DNA of 64,000 nucleotides. It comes from the human T2T-CHM13v2.0 reference genome, Homo sapiens. The notes below the pieces were generated by a model. The model did not search any database, was not told the origin of the DNA, and saw nothing but the letters and a program-made list of their open reading frames with translations. Shown in pieces: positions 58,099 through 64,000 of the stretch. The position numbers and the translations under genes are program-made. Positions within the stretch are counted from its first letter, which is position 1, and each line of letters opens with the position of its first letter. The stretch lies in the NCBI RefSeq assembly GCF_009914755.1, contig NC_060938.1, one strand, 5' to 3'.

Positions 58099-58332
58099 TG
58101 AGCTTGATGATATTCTCAAATAGATTCCCTAGCCCTAGGCTGCCTGCCATTGCATTCCTTATTACACAAGAATAATCATCTCTTATTGTATTCCAATCAT
58201 TGATTGGCATTATTTTTTTTCTGCATAGCAAAATACATGGCCAAATCAGTAAACCTGAACTTCTCAAAGTGGCCATCTGGTAGCTACTAGCTTATAAACT
58301 GTTCCCTAGGTATAGAGAATTGAAAGCAGGTG

Positions 58333-58334
<2 letters not shown>

Positions 58335-58372
<38 letters not shown>
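58335..58372. repeat. Pure (GT)19 microsatellite
   Basis: Seen directly. Confidence 0.96.
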
Positions 58373-58374
<2 letters not shown>

Positions 58375-58484
58375 TTCACATATCACTCAGGTCAATGTTC
58401 CTTTGAAAATGGAGAATGCAACTCTATTAAGATAATAGTGTAAATTTGGTAACTGATCACTTACAGCAATTACAACAAAAGATG

Positions 58485-58705
58485 CAAAAGTCAGGCAGAA
58501 CTGGGTTCTAATGCTGGCTGTAGCACTGGTTGGTTATGTGACCTTGAGCTCATTAGTTAGCCTTGCACACATTTCCTCATATATGATTGAGGATAAGAGT
58601 AGTTTTATCTCATAGAGATTTGAGGGGCATTTGGCACAGGATCAGGCACAAAGTAAGCACTCAGTGGTATTGCTGCCAATAATAATAACAATAATAATAA
58701 TAATA
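58485..58705 (+). mobile_element. MIR followed by (AAT)n
   Basis: 'ctgggttctaatgctggctg...tgtgaccttgag...tttcctcat...ggcacaaagtaagcactca'. Confidence 0.7.
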
Positions 58706-59214
58706 GAATTATTTAAGACTTGCAGATTGAGGGAATTTGATGAAATATATAACAACTGAGGTTAAAGTGTTCTAATTTTCTGTCTAGATTCATCTTTTAT
58801 GGTCCCTTTTTAATCTCACACCAGTGTCCTTCCAGAATTAAAAGGTCAATGATTTTACTTCCTAGAGAAGCTTCCTTAGGGGCTTATGAATGGTGAAAAT
58901 GTGCACGTTTGCCTCGACTCTCTATTTCCATTGTCGAAGGCCTTCGCAAATTTACCTAGTGATTCTAGCCAAGTGCTTCCTGACATTCTTAGGGGCTCGA
59001 AGGTCAATACTTGATTTGGATTTTTTGTTGTTGTTTCTTTTTCCCTCCAGCCTCCTGTGTTGTGTTGATTTGTAAAATGGCCATTGTAAATGTTAAAATG
59101 GAAAGAAAACCGAGTCTGTTATAAGCTTTGATGTAGTAAAAACAGCATGGAGCATCTTAAATTTTAAGATGTCATCAGAAAAGAAGCTCTTCCCAGTTTC
59201 CTCTTGAAAATCAT

Positions 59215-59925
59215 TGTATTAGTCAGGGTTCTCTAGAGGGACAGAACTAATAGGACAGATATATATAGAAAGGGGAGGTTATTAAGTAGTATTAACTTAC
59301 ACGATTACAAGGTCCCACAATAGGCTGTCTGCAAGCTGAGGGGCAAGGAAGCCAGTCCAAGTCCCAAACGATTTTATTTGACAAAAGACAAAAACAGAAG
59401 TTATTTACAATAGTTTTTGCTCAAATAATTCAGTGGGGGCAACTGTACTTTTCCTCCAGGTTTATCTTATAACCAAACCCAAGCAGAGGCTGCCCCACCC
59501 CAACACCCCATTTTACACAGCTGGGAATGCCAACCAGAATTCAGCAGCGTGGCTCCCTCACCCCTCACCACCCTCTATTGCTCAGTGTACAGTGGGGAGG
59601 GAAAGATCCCACCTCAGCCCAAGAACTTGGAGCTGAAGAACTTGGAATCTGATATTCAAGGGCAGGAAGCATCCAGCACAGTAGAAAGATGTAAGGTGGG
59701 AGGCTCAGCCAGTCTAGCCTTTTCACATTTTTCTCCCTGGTTTACATGCTGGCCATGCTGGCAGCTGATTTGATGGTGCCCACCCAGATTAAGGATGGGT
59801 CTGCCTTTCCCAGCTCACTGACTTGAACGTTAATCTCCTTTGGCCACACCCTCACAGACACACCCAAGATCAATAATTTGCACCCTCCAATCCAATCAAG
59901 TTGACACTCAGTATTAGCCCTCACA
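59215..59925 (-). mobile_element. MLT2A (ERVL) solo LTR carrying a ~260-bp foreign insert
   Basis: 'tgtattagtcagggttctctagagggacagaactaatagga' to 'caatcaagttgacactcagtatt...tcaca'; perfect TSD ATCAT. Confidence 0.92.
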
Positions 59926-60777
59926 ATCATAAAACAGAAAAATGAGTGAAAAGCATAAATTTTGCTTTCAAAAAGCTGGGAGATTCTATATCCATGAACC
60001 ACAATATATGACGTAAGGCTGGCCAAATGCAGTGGAACGAAAGCTCAGGAAGGGCTAAGAGACAATCACTATGATCAGGTTATAGATTTTGACAAAGCAA
60101 GCAAAAAACACGTCTCCAAAACTGGTACTTCAGAGCAGGCATACCCTAAAGGATGACGCCAATAAGCCTTTGTTTGGAAAATGGCAAGGGTATTGCAAGA
60201 CTGGAAGTAGAAAACCTCCCTGGACCCTACCTGCTACCATGTAGTAGCAAATGAAACTGAAAGGGAAATGCACAGTCATCCTGTGTGTATAGGAAGCAGT
60301 CCATTGTTGTGGCACTACGGCAGCCTGTTGGCCGAGAAGAAGCAGTGGCTAAAATAACTCATCAGCACACAACCCTTTGTAATAAGACTTAACAGTAAAT
60401 CAGGTAAATTTTTACCAACTCACAACATCCTGACTCCTATCCCACAAAACTGTCCTCTAAATATCTGAATCAAGAAGTTTCCACATTCAGAGGAAAGTAA
60501 CAATAAAAAGGAACCAGCACAGGATATTGTAATATGCCATACATGACACTACAAAGATATTATAATATAAAAGGAGAAAAAACTGGAAAATAGATGGTAA
60601 ATGCAGAACACTCACTATAGGTGATTCCAACAGACAAATCAAAAGATAACATTACCATGATCTTGACGACTTAAAGAAACCACCAAAGAGCTCAAAACAG
60701 AAATAAAGAGGTCAGGGGTAATATGGTGACGTGAGAAGAGAAGAAACATACACTGATGTAGCTCTCCAGAGAACTGA

Positions 60778-61076
<299 letters not shown>

Positions 61077-61732
61077 TGAAGGGGGAAAATCATCACAGAT
61101 ATGAAGATGATTTTGAAGCAGCCAAAGTAAAATAGACACTAGACACTGCCGAACATAGAATAGAGGATATGATGGGCAGGATTATCAAAGCAAACAAAAC
61201 GGAAACAACAGCTTAAAAGTATTAGAAAGAAAATAGTATATTTGGGTGACGAGGAAGATCCCAGAGATACATCACAATATATCCCTGAAGAAGAGAATTA
61301 AACAAATGAAACATAAACAAAGATATAATTCTACGTAACTTTCAATAAATAAAAGATTTGAATTTATAGATTGAAGGAGTCTACTATGTTACAGAAAATT
61401 TGCTAAAGAACAATCAATACTACTCTGTATTATAGATGTATTGATAGATCTTGGAGATAAGAATGATTTGGTCACACCAGCAGGAATATCAAGTAACCTA
61501 TACAAGACCACAGTTTAAAAAAAACCTCAGGCTAACCTAAGCCTTCCTTACAGCAACATTCCAAGATTGCAGAGAGTAATGCCCATGAAGCCCTCAGTGA
61601 AAAAGTATGTGGCCTTAGAGTTTTATGCACAGCCAAACTGTCATTCAAATGTAAAAACAATAAATAAAACGTGTCCAACATTTAAGAACCCAGAGAAGAT
61701 GATTCCCATGAGTTATTCTTTAAAAAACTATT

Positions 61733-62051
<319 letters not shown>

Positions 62052-62279
62052 CTATTAAAGACTTTATCTAAGAGATGAATGAAGAAACCATGGCAAAAGG
62101 ATTTTCAGTGAACACTGAGTCTGTTTTGCTTTTAGACTGGGTCTAAATAAGTGCAGAAACTTTTGTTATAGAAAAAAAAAACTAAGCTCTGAATGTTCAT
62201 AAATATTTTAACTAATATAAGGATAAGGTGGAAGGTGGTATGTAGATTCATTCATCATCTCATTTAAACATGATAAATC

Positions 62280-62398
62280 AAGTATATTTAAATATACTTA
62301 GCATACTTACTAAAGTATATTAGTAAATTAATATATTTACTGAAGTATATTAGTAAATTAATATATTTACTAAATATACTAAGTATATTTAAATATAC
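62280..62398. repeat. AT-rich palindromic and tandem repeat
   Basis: 20-bp palindrome, a 30-bp unit x2 and 33-bp inverted arms. Confidence 0.88.
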
Positions 62399-64000
62399 AA
62401 AAATAAGTGTAGGAATGAACATATATGTTAGTTTGAAATATATATGTAATATATAAGGTACATGTTTAATATGTAAACATATAATATATATTAAACCAAT
62501 GTTTAGTGCCTATTAACCAAATTCAAGTGATAGAAGGAAGAGAAAATAAAGAACAATTTGTATTGCTTTTAGTGGAAAGTAAAATGTCAGTGTTTCAAGA
62601 AACAGAGAAGTTAAATAGCTAAATAAGGGTTAGTTACAAAGGTGATCACTGGAAAAATTAACCATAATACAAACCTGCCCAAATAGCACAAGGAATACTC
62701 ACAAAAAGAAAATATAGACCAAAGAGTAGAAGATTTTTTTAAAAAAGCAATAGAAACAGAAATCAAAATACTATAAAGTAAGACCAAACCTGTTTCTCAT
62801 ATCAACAAATAAAAGTGGGCTAAACTCCCATATTAAAAAAAAAGATTCTGAAATCGAGTAATAAAGTAAAACTTAACCATATGCTATACCCCATATATAC
62901 CTAAAGCAAAGTGTCTCGCAAACTTGAAAATAGAAGGATGAGCAAAGGAATATTATCAAATGCCAACAAAAAGGAAAGTAGAGGCCAGTAATCTTAGAAT
63001 AAAACAAGGTTGAATTTAGAACAAAAAGCATTAAACAAGAAACATAAAGACAATTGTGTGATAAGATGTATCATTCACAAGGAAGATCTAATAGTCATTA
63101 AGTGTTTCTGTATCAACGTAGCCTGAAAAGTTAAGCAAAAACTACCAAAAAGATAAGGAAAAATAGAAAGACTTTAATTATAGGAGGCTTAACAGACAAA
63201 ATAGACCCAAAAGATGACATAGATGGCCTAAATAACATAAGTAAGTAGTAAAGTTACATATATCAATCTATCCCTGAAAACTAAAAATATGTCATCCTTT
63301 CAGATGTCCATAAAACGTTTCCCAGAACTGACTATACTTTAGACCACACAGAAAACCTAAATAAACTCCCCAAATCAGAAATCACACTGATATTGTCCTC
63401 TAATCACTATGAGTCAAAAAGGAATCCATGTGAATGTATAGAATATTTAAAATTAATGATAATGATTATAACCACATTACATATCCTATGGGCTCAACTA
63501 AAGCATTTGCTCAAAAGAAAATTTGTATACGTAAGTACTTAAATTAATGAACAAAAAATAAAGGAAATCAGTGCATATGTCTTCTACTCACGAAATTAAA
63601 TATAAGAAAAATAAAGTTAACCTCAGGAAAATATAAGGTAGCTATGATAATAAAAGCAGAAAATAGGAAAAAAGAATAAATCTTTAAGTTAGCTCTTTAT
63701 GAAAAATCAATAAATCATTAGTAAACAAACCAAAATGGTTGCCAATAAGTTATTTTCTAGGAAAATATAAAATTACCAGGCATGACCCCAGATGGAGAGA
63801 AAACAACAATCTAAGGAAATGAATTAGTATAGAAGAAATACAGAATGTGGAGAAAAAGCAAACCTCTTGAAAGAAAACACCAGTCCTGGAATATTTCACA
63901 GATTACTTCTACCAAACCTATAAGGAAAAAATAGGTCCAATATTATTTAAACCAAGTGAAAGCATCCAGGTTATTTTTCTGAAGCTAGCATGCATCATGC

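Overview
Human non-coding genomic DNA (intronic or intergenic). A near-consensus AluYa5 and an L1PA2-type insertion indicate human origin. I can support no host protein-coding gene, RNA gene or CRISPR array; the ORF track is explained by Alu, L1, THE1-int and Tigger1 remnants or by chance. Roughly half or more of the window is interspersed repeat: 15 Alus, old L1M blocks, two L1PA 3' fragments, L2/MIR, a full-length THE1 with both LTRs, many solo MaLR/ERVL LTRs, a near-complete Tigger1 and several MER DNA elements. The most unusual structures are (1) an L2 split by a composite insertion copied from two nearby sites, (2) a ~260-bp mRNA-3'UTR-like sequence inside an MLT2A LTR with no poly(A) tail or TSD, (3) a twin-primed L1PA2 with an inverted duplication, and (4) several repeat-free stretches with retained CpGs or motifs that may be regulatory. 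I found no evidence of a new multi-gene system. Subfamily names are recalled by eye, and boundaries of old elements are approximate.
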